DNA of 64,000 nucleotides, taken from positions 32,001 to 96,000 of IMG/VR virus record IMGVR_UViG_2693430034_000001; one strand, given 5' to 3'. The stretch's first letter is position 1; every line of letters starts with the position of its first letter. Positions 1 to 9,936 of this stretch are shown here, one piece after another. The notes under the pieces are model-generated. The model saw only the letters and a list, made by a program, of their open reading frames with translations. It made no database searches and was not told the origin of the DNA. Both the position numbers and the translations under genes were made by a program. This DNA comes from a virus (Duplodnaviria > Caudoviricetes).

Positions 1-1293
1 CATATTCTGGCCCTGGAGCCAGGTTTCAGCGACCTGCGCGCCGGTCACCGTATTGGTGATGATGACCTTATCCCAATAGGTATCGGTGTAGTCATCGACC
101 CAATACTGGCGAAGCCGGATGAAGTCGTGTCCCCACGCATTGCCAGAAAGGATCTCGTAGGTTTCGCCAGCGCGGAAGAAGCGGCTGCCGCCATCCCACT
201 GGCCGGTCTGCCACCACCAGCTGTTCGTACAGACGGTCAATTCACCGCCGTAACGGATGCGTTGACGAGCGATCGTCTTCTGAACCATGTCGAAGGACGA
301 CACGGAATAGGCTGATACCTGAATTTCACCACTGATGGTGCCGGACTGCAGCCAAGCCTCACGGGTGTAGGCCGGGAACAGCATGCCGGCCTTGATGGTC
401 GCGTTCGGATCGAGCGGGTTGAAGATGTTGAGTGCAGAGAGACCCTCGGCCGCGTGCGGCATTCGGATACCCTCTTCAACCTTCACATGCGACAACGGGT
501 CGTCGAGCTTCGACTTGGTCTGGTCGAGGAAGAAGTTGGCGCTGGAGTCGATGGCGTTGTACATGACGCCGGCTTTGGACTCGAGAACCGCAAGGCGCGT
601 CAGGGTGCGGCCGAGCTGCACTCCGTCCGCCTGCTGCTGCACCTGGTTCTGCTTGATACCAGCGATGTCGGAGGCCAAGGTCCGGATCTGCAGGCCTGCA
701 GTCTCCTCGAACTCTTCGAGGTCGACGATGCGGTCATCGTGGCCCTGCACGCTCGGGAGCTTATTGACCGTGTTCATCGTGACCGTATCGACGCCGGTCG
801 GCGTCAGGACGATATGCGCAATGACCGTGTATCCGGTGTCGACCAGCGGCGGCGTCGGGTCTGGAGCCTCGGTGCCGATCACCACGTTCAGGTTCGCGAC
901 ACGGGCATGAACCAGAGGAACAGCCTGCGGCTCAGCCTGCCGCGTCTCAGCGTTGACGAGGAACTGGCGGGGACGGATGTCGGTATCCGACTCCGAACCC
1001 CAGGTCACGACCGCGGCAATCTTCTTGCCGGCGACGGGCAGCTGGGTGATGAAATCCTTGGACCACGAGGTCGAGGCCGATCCGAATACCTTGCCAGCCG
1101 AATAGAGGCGACCAGGATCAACCGTGATCTGCGTGACTGCCGACTTTACGACGCCGAAGCCGGTGTATTTCGTGCGGTCGCTGATGCCGTCCTGGACGAC
1201 ATGGTCGAGCGAGTTTTCGGCGAAGTCCTGCAGACGGGTGAAGTCTGTCGGATCATCATCGATATTCGCATGAAAGATGATCTTATTTTCCAC
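1..1293 (-). CDS. Virion structural (baseplate/tail-associated) protein, N-terminal part; runs off the window edge
   Basis: Open minus frame from GTG at 1293 (VENKIIFHANIDDDPTDF...) to position 1, preceded by a GGAG SD. It directly follows tail protein I. It is missing from the ORF track because it has no stop in the window. Confidence 0.75.
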   Translation of the reverse strand, partial: MENKIIFHANIDDDPTDFTRLQDFAENSLDHVVQDGISDRTKYTGFGVVKSAVTQITVDPGRLYSAGKVFGSASTSWSKDFITQLPVAGKKIAAVVTWGSESDTDIRPRQFLVNAETRQAEPQAVPLVHARVANLNVVIGTEAPDPTPPLVDTGYTVIAHIVLTPTGVDTVTMNTVNKLPSVQGHDDRIVDLEEFEETAGLQIRTLASDIAGIKQNQVQQQADGVQLGRTLTRLAVLESKAGVMYNAIDSSANFFLDQTKSKLDDPLSHVKVEEGIRMPHAAEGLSALNIFNPLDPNATIKAGMLFPAYTREAWLQSGTISGEIQVSAYSVSSFDMVQKTIARQRIRYGGELTVCTNSWWWQTGQWDGGSRFFRAGETYEILSGNAWGHDFIRLRQYWVDDYTDTYWDKVIITNTVTGAQVAETWLQGQNM

Positions 1294-1312
1294 TGTTTTC
1301 TCCGTGATCGCC

Positions 1313-2542
1313 TTAGGCGACCTTCTTGATTTCGCCGAGTTTGAAGGTTCCGAGCTTCCGCGCTTCCCCTAATCTCACGACCCGGTAATTGACGGTGTCG
1401 ACGAGAACGGTGTCGCGAAGTGGCTTCGCTGCAACAATCGCCCCGCAGGCGTCGTTGAGCTTTTCCATGTCGGTCGGAATTCTGAAGCCATTTCGAAAGC
1501 GCCCGCCGAAGCCCAGAGCTGGAGACCGTATCAACGGCACTTCCACCTTGGCTTGAGCCGTGTAAGCGGGGATCCCGTACCGCATGTGACCGCGGTAGGA
1601 TTTTGTAGACAGACCTGCAGGCAGATCTTTCTTGTCGTGAAGCGCGAGCCGGTCGTAGACCCATCGCGCCGCATCCGTCTCGCGGCGGAAGTTTCCTCCA
1701 CGAAACGACTTGTTGTAGTCATGGAAGTGCTGGCCGGCCTGCGGTACATGCCGCTCTGCAATCTGAACCGGCTTGACGTCCTGTGGCGTCAGCCCAGGTG
1801 TAAGCGAAACGAGATCGGAACCGTTAGCATTGATGCGGACGGTAATGATGTTGTCGGTCGCGTCCGTCAGCTTGTAGAACTTGTGGCCGCGGAAACCATC
1901 GGTGTGATAATCACGCTCCGAATTGTTGCCGATAAAGACGCGCTCGACAGCCTGACCACCAAGCTCAGTCATGGACTCCAGCTTGACGTAGGCCTCAACC
2001 CCATTCTTGTAGATGGAGGCCTTTCGTCCGTAGAGATTTGGCCCAAGACTCTTTTCTCGGAAGTTATCGTTCCGGAAGCAAACGACCGGCACCCGAAAGT
2101 CCCTCGGTCCAGCCGGGTCACGGATGACGTAAGGATAGACCCTGATCTGAGGCAGATGCAGCAGCCATGACATGAACGATTCATTGGTCATCGCCGGGAT
2201 GCGATACCCGCGCGCCGGGGGCACGATCAGGTCACGCAGGTTCGATCCAACCAGATCGAGGTAGGCGGCCATACCGGCCTTCGTTCCCTTGATCCGGTGG
2301 TGAGCAACTGCGTTGGCGACTACCTGTCGCTTCTTTGCTTCCGTCCAGTGTGGATCCCAGATGTCCACTGAAAAAGACCAAGCCAGGTACGGCAGGTCGT
2401 CGATGTGACAGCGATAGGGATCCCAGAGGCGACGGAGGCGGTCAATATCCAGGTCGAGGAGCCGATCAACCTGAGACGCCAGCGTCCGTTCGTAGACGGT
2501 CGCGTTCGGCGCCAGGATGTGCTCCATCAGCCGGTCAGCCAT
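1313..2542 (-). CDS. Phage tail/baseplate protein I (P2 gpI-like)
   Basis: N-terminal LWDPYRCHIDDLPYLAWSFSVDIWD...HRIKGT signature; follows baseplate J. Confidence 0.85.
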   Translation of the reverse strand: MADRLMEHILAPNATVYERTLASQVDRLLDLDIDRLRRLWDPYRCHIDDLPYLAWSFSVDIWDPHWTEAKKRQVVANAVAHHRIKGTKAGMAAYLDLVGSNLRDLIVPPARGYRIPAMTNESFMSWLLHLPQIRVYPYVIRDPAGPRDFRVPVVCFRNDNFREKSLGPNLYGRKASIYKNGVEAYVKLESMTELGGQAVERVFIGNNSERDYHTDGFRGHKFYKLTDATDNIITVRINANGSDLVSLTPGLTPQDVKPVQIAERHVPQAGQHFHDYNKSFRGGNFRRETDAARWVYDRLALHDKKDLPAGLSTKSYRGHMRYGIPAYTAQAKVEVPLIRSPALGFGGRFRNGFRIPTDMEKLNDACGAIVAAKPLRDTVLVDTVNYRVVRLGEARKLGTFKLGEIKKVA

Positions 2543-2545
2543 GGA

Positions 2546-3415
2546 TTATTCCTCCCGAGTGTTGGACACGTTCACGCTGGCTGAGTTGATCCAGACGACA
2601 CCGTTGGTTCCGACGTTGATATCCGAGAAGTCGATATCGACGTTCTGGACGCCCTCTTGGGTGAGGGCTGCAATCACGGCAGACCGCTTCAGATCCATAC
2701 CGATCTGGGTGACACGGTTGCGAAGCGAGGTGAGCGCCTTATTGATGTCGGAGATCACCAGGGATGCATCTGGGCCAGGGTAAAGCGTGATGTTTGCCTG
2801 GATGTCTGTCGGGATCTTGATCACCGGCAGCACTGAAATATCGTCGGTCAGTGGCTTGATGCCGTCCGACATGAGTCGATCATAGATGGCGTCGATCAAT
2901 GCGGCGCTTGGAACCGGGTTGGCTCCGTTCGCCATGATCGTGACAATCACCCTACCCGTCCCGCGCTCTGTGACCGCCGTGGCGTCCCTGACGTCGGTGG
3001 AGGTGCTCAGCGAGTGGAAGATGTAGGAGCCGGGACTGCCGGCCGTCGTATAGCTCTCCATCGAGAGCTGAATGCGCCTACGGAGTCGAGGATCTAGTTC
3101 GCCGGCCATGCGCGAAACGTTGAACCTGGCGCCGATCACTTCGAGATCGGAGCCGGTTGCAAACGGAAGCATGCAAGCCTTGGCCGCGGAATTGATGCGC
3201 TCGCGGACGATCATTTCTCCGTAGGCTTCCGCCTCCAGGATAACGTTCGTCGGTGACTGCTCCAGGTTAAGAGCCGCCGCGAGCCTCGGGTTCTTTGCGA
3301 GAACCTGCTGTTTGTAGACGGTCAGCAGGTCTTCGTATTTGATCTCCTCGATCACCTTCGGAGGCGGTAGCCTCGCGAAGTCGATGTATAGCGCGGGAGA
3401 CTCGAAACTTGGCAT
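2546..3415 (-). CDS. Baseplate assembly protein J (P2 gpJ-like)
   Basis: IDFARLPPPKVIE, ATGSDLE, TTAGSPGSYIFH and IKPLTD motifs typical of gpJ. Confidence 0.9.
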   Translation of the reverse strand: MPSFESPALYIDFARLPPPKVIEEIKYEDLLTVYKQQVLAKNPRLAAALNLEQSPTNVILEAEAYGEMIVRERINSAAKACMLPFATGSDLEVIGARFNVSRMAGELDPRLRRRIQLSMESYTTAGSPGSYIFHSLSTSTDVRDATAVTERGTGRVIVTIMANGANPVPSAALIDAIYDRLMSDGIKPLTDDISVLPVIKIPTDIQANITLYPGPDASLVISDINKALTSLRNRVTQIGMDLKRSAVIAALTQEGVQNVDIDFSDINVGTNGVVWINSASVNVSNTREE

Positions 3416-3438
3416 TTGAGGCCCTCGCCTGTTTGAAA

Positions 3439-3798
3439 TCAGATGGTGTTGCGAACCCTCTTGAGCGTGGCGTCGACCAGGTCGACTCCCTCAATGGTGA
3501 TCGTGATATCCCCGTCCGGACCGAAATCATCGATCGTGACGCGGGTTACCTTGAACTCAGGCTCGTATGTGTTGATCGCGGCGATGGCAGCCATCATTCC
3601 GGCCATCAGGACTTCCTGGTTTCCAGGCTTGTCCTGCATGTCGAGGAACTTCGATCCCCACCACAGGCGCATCAGCCGAGTGCGCAGTCTGGTGGTGAGG
3701 ATGACGAAGATGCTTTGCTTGATCCTGTCCCATCCCTGGACCAGGGCACCGGTTTCGCGATCGATGTCGGTAAGGTGCTCAGTTGACGCTGTCGACAT
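3439..3798 (-). CDS. Baseplate wedge protein (gpW/gp25-like)
   Basis: IKQSIFVILTTRLRTRLMRLWWGS...YEPEFKV pattern; position between V and J. Confidence 0.85.
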   Translation of the reverse strand: MSTASTEHLTDIDRETGALVQGWDRIKQSIFVILTTRLRTRLMRLWWGSKFLDMQDKPGNQEVLMAGMMAAIAAINTYEPEFKVTRVTIDDFGPDGDITITIEGVDLVDATLKRVRNTI

Positions 3799-4048
3799 TT
3801 TCGGCACTCGCCTGGCGCTTGGAGCGCTTGGACTGTGCGGTCGTTTCCGTCACGGCCACGCCGGCAATGGGCGTAACTTCGACTTCATCGACTGGCGCGG
3901 GAGCAGCCTCGGGATCCGCCACCGGCTTGTCCTCGGAGAGGATGTGGCCGAGGTACTTCGCCTCGGCCTTGGTCATGGAGGCTTTCGAACCGGCAGCGAT
4001 CAGATGACCGCCGCGCCAGAAGTCCTTGGCCACGTTGTACTTGGGCAT
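3779..4048 (-). CDS. Hypothetical protein (baseplate cluster)
   Basis: ATG at 4048 with AGGA SD; MTKAEAKYL motif, also seen as LTTAGAKYL in the fibre gene. Confidence 0.6.
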   Translation of the reverse strand: MPKYNVAKDFWRGGHLIAAGSKASMTKAEAKYLGHILSEDKPVADPEAAPAPVDEVEVTPIAGVAVTETTAQSKRSKRQASAENVDSVN

Positions 4049-4064
4049 GGGTTTCCTTGATGTG

Positions 4065-5642
4065 TTAGACGCCGCCACCGCTGCCGGTGTCGCCGGGAGG
4101 AGCATCTCCGCCACCGCCACCGCCGCCACCACCGCCGCTCTTTGGCAGGATGGGAATTCCGGTCATGCCGGGGCCTGGCATTACGCCATTGTGAATATGG
4201 GTCGCGTCGATGAGCAGGCCGTTATGTGCCACTTGACCACCCGACTGCGTCCAACCAGATGCATCAAGCGTCCAGGTCGTTCCGCCTACGCTGATCTCCA
4301 GAGAGCCATTGCTCATCTTCCATGACGTGCTACCGCCCTGGCTGATTGTGATGTCTTCCTTGGTGAACTTCATCGAGGAGGCACTGTCGCCGCCCTGGCT
4401 CACGGTGATGTCGTCCTTGGTCATCTTGACCTTGGAGGCATCTTCACCGCCTTGCGTCGTCGTGATGTCGTCTTCGGTGTAGACCGTCTTGGACTTGTCG
4501 TCCTCGCCCATCTGGTGCGTGAGGTCGTTCTCAGTCCACTTGATCATGGACTTTTTGTCTTTGAACTGGGCCTGGATCTTATCCTCGTTCATGAGGATGT
4601 CGGCCTTCTCGTCCTGCTCGCCGTAGCGAATGTGGACCTTGTCTTTGTCCTGCTTGTAGTAGGACTTCTTCTCTCCGACCGTCTTGAGGATGAACTCCTT
4701 GGTCGACTTGACCTGGGTCACACCCTCATCGCCATCCTCAGATGGCTCTGGAAGTTTAGGCGCCTGAGCCTTTTGGCCGGCGCTTGATGGATCACCCGCA
4801 CCGCCGCCTGCGCCGCCACCGATCATGCCGCCGACCGAGCTTAGATGCCCGCCGGATGTGACCTGCTGCGCGATGTTTGCGATGTTGCCGAACTGCGCCA
4901 GATTTGACAGGCCGGCCTGATTGAGAAGCGTGCCAACATTGGCAAGCTGCGAAAGGTCGCCGATGTTGCCGATCTGACTGGTGATCTGCTGCAGGTTGGC
5001 CATGCTCGAAATGTCGAGGCCGGCAAGGTTGCCGAGATTTCCCAGGTTGCCGAGATTTCCCAGGCCGCCGAGCATTCCTGAGAAGTCCATGCCGGACATG
5101 CCGGCGATCTGACTGATGCCGGCCAGGTCTCCGAGGCCACCGATGTCACCGAGGCCGCCGATCCCGGCGCCGTCCTTCTTCTTGGACTTGATGATCAGGT
5201 GATGCGTGTCTTTGGTCTGGTGAACCCAGTGCTGCTGATCCTCTTTCTCGTGGATCAGGCCGACCGTTTCGTCCTGTTTGCCGTGCGGCGACGGAGCCTG
5301 CGGACCGTAATGGTGCGGCTCGACCGTCGACAGCTCCGCGTTTCCGCCCGATGAGCGAAGCAGCGCCTGCTGGCCGACTTTCGGCGGCACGGAGAACTTG
5401 ATGGACCCGTGCGAATGGCTTTGCCAGGGCTGCCAGTCACTCTTGAAAGTGCCGCCGCCGGCCGCCGCGTCTCCTCCGCCACCACCTGACCCGCTCGGGG
5501 TCTGGTCTTCGCCGTCGTTCATCTTGACGTACCAGCGGTCTTTCTCGTACTTGACCTGCGTGATCTTGCCGAGACGCTCCTTGTTCTCGAACTTGCGCTC
5601 CATGTCTTGCATGCGGCGTTCGATTGCCAGGAGAGCCTTCAT
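4065..5642 (-). CDS. Baseplate spike protein V (gpV-like) with Gly/Asn-rich insertion
   Basis: N-terminal gpV motif SDWQPW...PPKVGQQALL, beta-repeat C-terminus ending in THIHNGVMPG (metal-binding spike tip). Confidence 0.8.
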   Translation of the reverse strand: MKALLAIERRMQDMERKFENKERLGKITQVKYEKDRWYVKMNDGEDQTPSGSGGGGGDAAAGGGTFKSDWQPWQSHSHGSIKFSVPPKVGQQALLRSSGGNAELSTVEPHHYGPQAPSPHGKQDETVGLIHEKEDQQHWVHQTKDTHHLIIKSKKKDGAGIGGLGDIGGLGDLAGISQIAGMSGMDFSGMLGGLGNLGNLGNLGNLAGLDISSMANLQQITSQIGNIGDLSQLANVGTLLNQAGLSNLAQFGNIANIAQQVTSGGHLSSVGGMIGGGAGGGAGDPSSAGQKAQAPKLPEPSEDGDEGVTQVKSTKEFILKTVGEKKSYYKQDKDKVHIRYGEQDEKADILMNEDKIQAQFKDKKSMIKWTENDLTHQMGEDDKSKTVYTEDDITTTQGGEDASKVKMTKDDITVSQGGDSASSMKFTKEDITISQGGSTSWKMSNGSLEISVGGTTWTLDASGWTQSGGQVAHNGLLIDATHIHNGVMPGPGMTGIPILPKSGGGGGGGGGGDAPPGDTGSGGGV

Positions 5643-5643
5643 G

Positions 5644-6225
5644 TCATTCCTCGTTCAGATCCAGTTCCACTTCTTCGTGGCGTGAGACGTGCCCGAAGTG
5701 GGCGTCGCCGCGGATGTACGAAGTCCGTGGCACGTCGGTGATCATGCTGCCGTCCGGACGGTAGAAAAATTCACGCTCTCGAACGCGATTGCGTCCGATC
5801 GTGAGGTCGCTTTCCCATTCAACGACGCCGACTGCAACGCCTTCGCGCCGAAGGACAGGTTGACTGATGCGTCTGAATTTGACCTTGGTGGCCGGCGCCG
5901 CGTTCGGGTCGCCGAAGGTGTTCAGGTTCGCCATGATGGCGGTATTCTCAACGTACTCCCAGGCCCTGGCGTCGCCATCAAGCGCCGCTCGCCGGTTGTC
6001 GTCGATGATGACCACTACGACGCGGAGACAGGCGTTGATTTCGCCGGTCACTTCGTGCTCGCCGGGCGCGTTCATGACGGCCACGCGAGCGCACGGCGTC
6101 TTCAACGTCCATTCAGCAATGTCCGTCTCGTCGAACAGGCCGTCGTACCATTCGACGTCCATCTCGGGAAACAGCGTCTTCACCGCCTGGACGATCCGAT
6201 CACGGAAGTCGACGATTTTGCTCAT
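5644..6225 (-). CDS. Tail terminator/neck protein (Mu gp37-like)
   Basis: Position after the virion morphogenesis gene; TPCARVAV motif. Confidence 0.55.
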   Translation of the reverse strand: MSKIVDFRDRIVQAVKTLFPEMDVEWYDGLFDETDIAEWTLKTPCARVAVMNAPGEHEVTGEINACLRVVVVIIDDNRRAALDGDARAWEYVENTAIMANLNTFGDPNAAPATKVKFRRISQPVLRREGVAVGVVEWESDLTIGRNRVREREFFYRPDGSMITDVPRTSYIRGDAHFGHVSRHEEVELDLNEE

Positions 6226-6692
6226 CAGTCGCCTCCATGCGCCAGATAATCGCGGATCATTTGGCTGATCCGGCGTTTGTTTTCGTCCGAGAAACCCATG
6301 AACGGGCGCGGCGGGACTTTCTTGTTCCGGATCATGCCGCGCGTGCGCTCGATGCCCTCCTGCATGTAGGAGGCGTGCTTGGCGTTGGCGATGACCATGA
6401 AGCCGTCGTTGCTGACGTCTCCGACCTGGATGCTGTTGGCCAGGTCGCCGTGCTCGAACAGGATTCGGTCATGTCCCTTGAGGTTGACCGTCACATCCCG
6501 CAGAGCTTCCCAGCGTTCACCATCGGGCGAGGTTTTGGAGCGCAGGACACGATTGACCGTGGAGCGCTTCATATATTCCGCGGCCTCAGCCATGACCGGC
6601 TCCATGTGGAGCACGTCATGCAGAAGCTCGGTGATGCGCTTGTTCAGCCGACCGATGTCATTGTGGTCGATCTTGATTGCGATGCCGGACAT
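6225..6692 (-). CDS. Virion morphogenesis protein (Mu gpG / P2 gpS-like)
   Basis: SPDGERWEAL...GDLANSI...VPPRPFMGFS signature. Confidence 0.85.
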   Translation of the reverse strand: MSGIAIKIDHNDIGRLNKRITELLHDVLHMEPVMAEAAEYMKRSTVNRVLRSKTSPDGERWEALRDVTVNLKGHDRILFEHGDLANSIQVGDVSNDGFMVIANAKHASYMQEGIERTRGMIRNKKVPPRPFMGFSDENKRRISQMIRDYLAHGGD

Positions 6693-7108
6693 TATGCCCT
6701 CCCGCAGTCGAAGGAGCCTCCCGAGCGCCGGACGTTTGGATTGGTCGTTTCACCATTATCGTCGGTGGCCGGCGGAAGGCCGAGGCCAACCTTTCCGGTC
6801 GAAATCTTCTCAAGCAGCGCCAGCGCATCCTCGTAGCGCACCCGCATCTCGTCGGTGCGGCTCGTGCGTCCCAGGGCCATCTTGTAGACGGCGATGTCGA
6901 TCGCACAGTTCTTCACCACGCCAGGCGTGGGGACAACCGGGATCGTGTACTGGGCGGACAGGTAGGCGTCGCAAATCTCGTCAGCCGCCTCAAGACCCTT
7001 GTTGATGATCTCTGGGTCGGGCGTGCCGTCTCTGTTGTAGTCGGCTACCCGAACAAGCAGATCGGTGCCGTATAGATCATCGATGTCCTGCTTGCTCGCG
7101 TAACCCAT
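6692..7108 (-). CDS. Head-tail adaptor (Mu gp36 / DUF1320-like)
   Basis: MGYASKQDI...ICDAYLSAQYTIP...DIAVYKM...RYEDALALLEKISTGKVGLGL. Confidence 0.85.
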   Translation of the reverse strand: MGYASKQDIDDLYGTDLLVRVADYNRDGTPDPEIINKGLEAADEICDAYLSAQYTIPVVPTPGVVKNCAIDIAVYKMALGRTSRTDEMRVRYEDALALLEKISTGKVGLGLPPATDDNGETTNPNVRRSGGSFDCGRA

Positions 7109-7120
7109 TGTCGTCGATCC

Positions 7121-7357
7121 TTACGTGGCAGAAACAGCCGCGCCGATAAGGATGCGCAACCAGGCGGTACCGTTCGAATAGGCGAGACACGCGGCGCCCG
7201 AAGCACCGTTCGAGACGTAGACGATCTTGCCAGCGTGCTTGGCAGCAGCCGGAAGACCGGCGACAGCGAACGAACTAGCGCGAACCGCGTCATCGAAGGC
7301 CTGGTTCAGGGATTCGGCGCCGATCTTACCGCGGGCAACCCCGGGGGAAATTGACAT
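7121..7357 (-). CDS. Small virion protein (head decoration/fibre-like)
   Basis: FAVAGLPAA...GKIVYVSNG...LAYSNGTAWLR motif; lies downstream of the capsid gene. Confidence 0.55.
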   Translation of the reverse strand: MSISPGVARGKIGAESLNQAFDDAVRASSFAVAGLPAAAKHAGKIVYVSNGASGAACLAYSNGTAWLRILIGAAVSAT

Positions 7358-7385
7358 TGTTGCTTCCTCTCAGGACGCATGGGTC

Positions 7386-7733
7386 TCAGCCCTTGTCCTT
7401 GTTCTTGTTCTTTTTGCCTTTGCCGGCCTTGTCGCCGTTCTCGGACGTTTCGTCCTTAGCGGGTTCGGCTTCAACAGGTGTCTCGGTGGTATCACCGGAG
7501 GCCTGTTCAGCAGTGGCCGGCTCGATTTCAACCTTTTCGGTTTCGGCCGGCACGACTTCCGCAGCCTTCACAGCAACGGCGTCATCTTCGTCAGCCTCTC
7601 CGTGAAACGAAGTTCCAGGCAGAGTCGCTGCACGAGCGGCCCGCACGTCATTCGATACCAGCCGACGATCGCGGTAACGGTAGTTTGCAGCGGCCTCACG
7701 GGCTCGAAAGCCCTTCGCTCCATTCATTCTCAA
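7386..7733 (-). CDS. Hypothetical acidic protein
   Basis: ORF with GGAG SD in the head operon. Confidence 0.55.
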   Translation of the reverse strand: MRMNGAKGFRAREAAANYRYRDRRLVSNDVRAARAATLPGTSFHGEADEDDAVAVKAAEVVPAETEKVEIEPATAEQASGDTTETPVEAEPAKDETSENGDKAGKGKKNKNKDKG

Positions 7734-7748
7734 ATCTCCAAATGCACA

Positions 7749-7782
7749 AAGATCCCTCCCCGGTTTCCCGAGGAGGGTCTTG
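7749..7782 (-). terminator. Intrinsic terminator-like hairpin after the major capsid gene
   Basis: Inverted repeat AAGATCCCTCC...GGAGGGTCTT followed on the minus strand by TTTGT. Confidence 0.6.
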
Positions 7783-7813
7783 TGTAGGTCTTCAACCGTC
7801 TGGGGTCAGACGA

Positions 7814-8794
7814 TTAGGCCGCCAGCTTGTGCTTGAAGGCCACGATCCGGATGATCTTCGGATCGTACACGCGCTGCCAGTTGGCGACATTCGCCAGCTC
7901 GCTGTTCGCGGGGGTGACGCCGGCCTGGGTGCCGCCGAGCCACTTGATGCCGCGGGGGTGCATGACCCACTGGCGCCGGTTGACGATGTATTCCTGGCCC
8001 ATGCCCTTCAGAGCCTGGCGCTCGACTTCCACCGGAACCTTCGGGCTCTTTTCGCCGAAGCCGATGGCGCCGGGGCCGAAGATGTAGGTGGTGAACACGC
8101 GGTTCGCGCCCGCGCCGGAAACCGGCATCGAGTCGTCGACCAGCACGGTCTTGCCCAGGTAGGTCGGGACCGTCAGCTTGCCCTGGCTGTCGGGCACGAA
8201 GTCGATCAGGTCGGCCTTCACCATCGCCTTCAGGGTCAGCGAGTGGACGGCAACGCCGTTCAGGCCACCCTGCTCGTCGCCGAGCAAGAACGCGGCGTCG
8301 ATGAAGGAGTCGGCGTCGAAGAACTCAGCGCCGCCGGTCAGGGCGGAGATGTCGCTGACGTTGGCTTCCATGCCGGTCGAGCCCATCGCACCACCGAGGG
8401 TCGCGAGCAGCGCGGTCTGCATGCGCTTGTTCCACCAGTCGGCGAAACGGTTGGCGATGGCTTCGATCGGGTCGGCGCCGGACAGGTCCGCCGCGAGGTC
8501 CGAGCTGCCGAACGCCTTACCGCGCAGAAGCTTCACGGCCACGTCCTGGCCGGTCGTCATCTTGCTGACGGTCAGATCGGTCGAATCGTCGAGCACCTGC
8601 TCGGCGTCCGAGGCGTCCAGATCGTTGAAGAACGGCATGTTGACCGTCTTGCCTTCGATCTCGGCGTTGATGACGCTGGTCAGGTCGGTGATGATGCCCG
8701 ACGTAAACAGTTCCGACTTCTGCGTCGAAAGGGTCTGAACGTACTTGTTGAACTTGGTCGGGACGATCATGTCCGACAGACGAGTCTCAGTCAT
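7814..8794 (-). CDS. Major capsid protein
   Basis: TRLSDMIVP...VNMPFFNDL...DPIEAIANRFADWW...VMHPRGIKW...NWQRVYDPKIIRIV; follows the scaffold gene. Confidence 0.9.
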   Translation of the reverse strand: MTETRLSDMIVPTKFNKYVQTLSTQKSELFTSGIITDLTSVINAEIEGKTVNMPFFNDLDASDAEQVLDDSTDLTVSKMTTGQDVAVKLLRGKAFGSSDLAADLSGADPIEAIANRFADWWNKRMQTALLATLGGAMGSTGMEANVSDISALTGGAEFFDADSFIDAAFLLGDEQGGLNGVAVHSLTLKAMVKADLIDFVPDSQGKLTVPTYLGKTVLVDDSMPVSGAGANRVFTTYIFGPGAIGFGEKSPKVPVEVERQALKGMGQEYIVNRRQWVMHPRGIKWLGGTQAGVTPANSELANVANWQRVYDPKIIRIVAFKHKLAA

Positions 8795-8889
8795 TTCTCA
8801 CTCTTGAGGTTGTGACTGGCCGCGCCGCTTTTGCATTCAAGCAAGCGTCCGGACAGAATCCGGGCGCCTGCATGTTGGATGGCGTGAGG

Positions 8890-9777
8890 TTAAGCCTTCA
8901 CGCCGGCCGCTGCTGAGAGCTGCTTGGCCAAATCAGGTTTGGTGTTTTCCAGCACCATTTGCTGGGTAAGGTTCCAGGTGTCCTTGGCCCAGGGGTTCAC
9001 GACCCCACCGGCCGGAGGACTACCGTTGTTGCCCGGGGGCACCCCGAGGCCACGCTTCTCGTCGGGCTTGAAGAGAGACGCACTCTTTTCGCGAACCTCG
9101 GCAACGAGGTCGGCGACGGTGAAGGGAGTACCGTTGTGGTCCTTGATGCGCGGGTTGCCGTTGGTGTCGAGAACCTCGACGACGACCTTCCCGTCCTTCA
9201 TGGACGTCTTGACGAACTTGCCCACCAGGAGTTCGACGGCATCCCGCGCGTCGTCCAGTGGGTTGGATTTGGCGACTTCGTCCTTGATTTGGTTGTCCCG
9301 CATCAAGTTCTGAAGCTGCCCCGTCAGGCTTTCGATCGTAGCCTTTCCGCCGTTCACCATCGAGGTCAACTCGGTCTCACGCAGGTTGAACTGCGCGGTG
9401 AGCTGGCCCCGGAGGGTGTCGAGCTTGGTGGACGCGATCTGTTCCGCCTGCTTCTCGGGATCGAGTGCAGTCAGTCGAGTTGCCGTTTCGACCGCCGTCT
9501 TGGCGGCTTCCGGCGTGATGTCACCGAAGGCGGCAATGCGCTCGATCGCAGTGCGAGCCGCGGTTGCATCCAGGCCTTCGTAGGGCTTCAACTGCGCGGT
9601 CAGAGTGGCAACGGAGTTGCGTTCTGCGCCGAGCGCGGTCTTGAGGCCCGTAACGTTGTCGAGTTGGAAACCATCGACCGGCGTGACGTTGAGGAAGAAC
9701 TTGCCGTCCTTCTGCACGTAAAAGCCGCGGTGGCCCTCGTCGATTTCATTGATATCAATAACGACTGCTTTGAGCAT
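8890..9777 (-). CDS. Capsid scaffolding protein
   Basis: Coiled-coil with C-terminal NPWAKDTWNLTQQM. The likely start is ATG 9777 (MLKAVV...), not 9930. Confidence 0.8.
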   Translation of the reverse strand: MLKAVVIDINEIDEGHRGFYVQKDGKFFLNVTPVDGFQLDNVTGLKTALGAERNSVATLTAQLKPYEGLDATAARTAIERIAAFGDITPEAAKTAVETATRLTALDPEKQAEQIASTKLDTLRGQLTAQFNLRETELTSMVNGGKATIESLTGQLQNLMRDNQIKDEVAKSNPLDDARDAVELLVGKFVKTSMKDGKVVVEVLDTNGNPRIKDHNGTPFTVADLVAEVREKSASLFKPDEKRGLGVPPGNNGSPPAGGVVNPWAKDTWNLTQQMVLENTKPDLAKQLSAAAGVKA

Positions 9778-9936
9778 ATCCATCCCGGAAATGCGGGGCA
9801 TCCCGCCCCTCGTGATAAAAGGACCCTGGGGCATCCCGCCTTCGGGTCCGGTGATATCCCCGAGGAGTTCGGGGAATCGGAGTTGCCAGCGGCGATCGGT
9901 TCGAGGCCGTCCCGGCGCTCGATCGGTCATTGCTGG
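9778..9936 (-). promoter_or_regulatory. Scaffold 5' leader with four C-GGGAY-G loop hairpins
   Basis: Minus-strand hairpins GCC-GGGAC-GGC, GGC-GGGAT-GCC (in an extended GGACCC/GGGTCC stem), GGGGC-GGGAT-GCCCC and TCC-GGGAT-GGA; the last covers the SD. Confidence 0.6.

Noticed and set aside
9778-9930. N-terminal extension of scaffold in the ORF track (similarly terL 14097-14207)
   Set aside because: The extension runs through hairpin-rich leader sequence; better starts are ATG 9777 and GTG 14096
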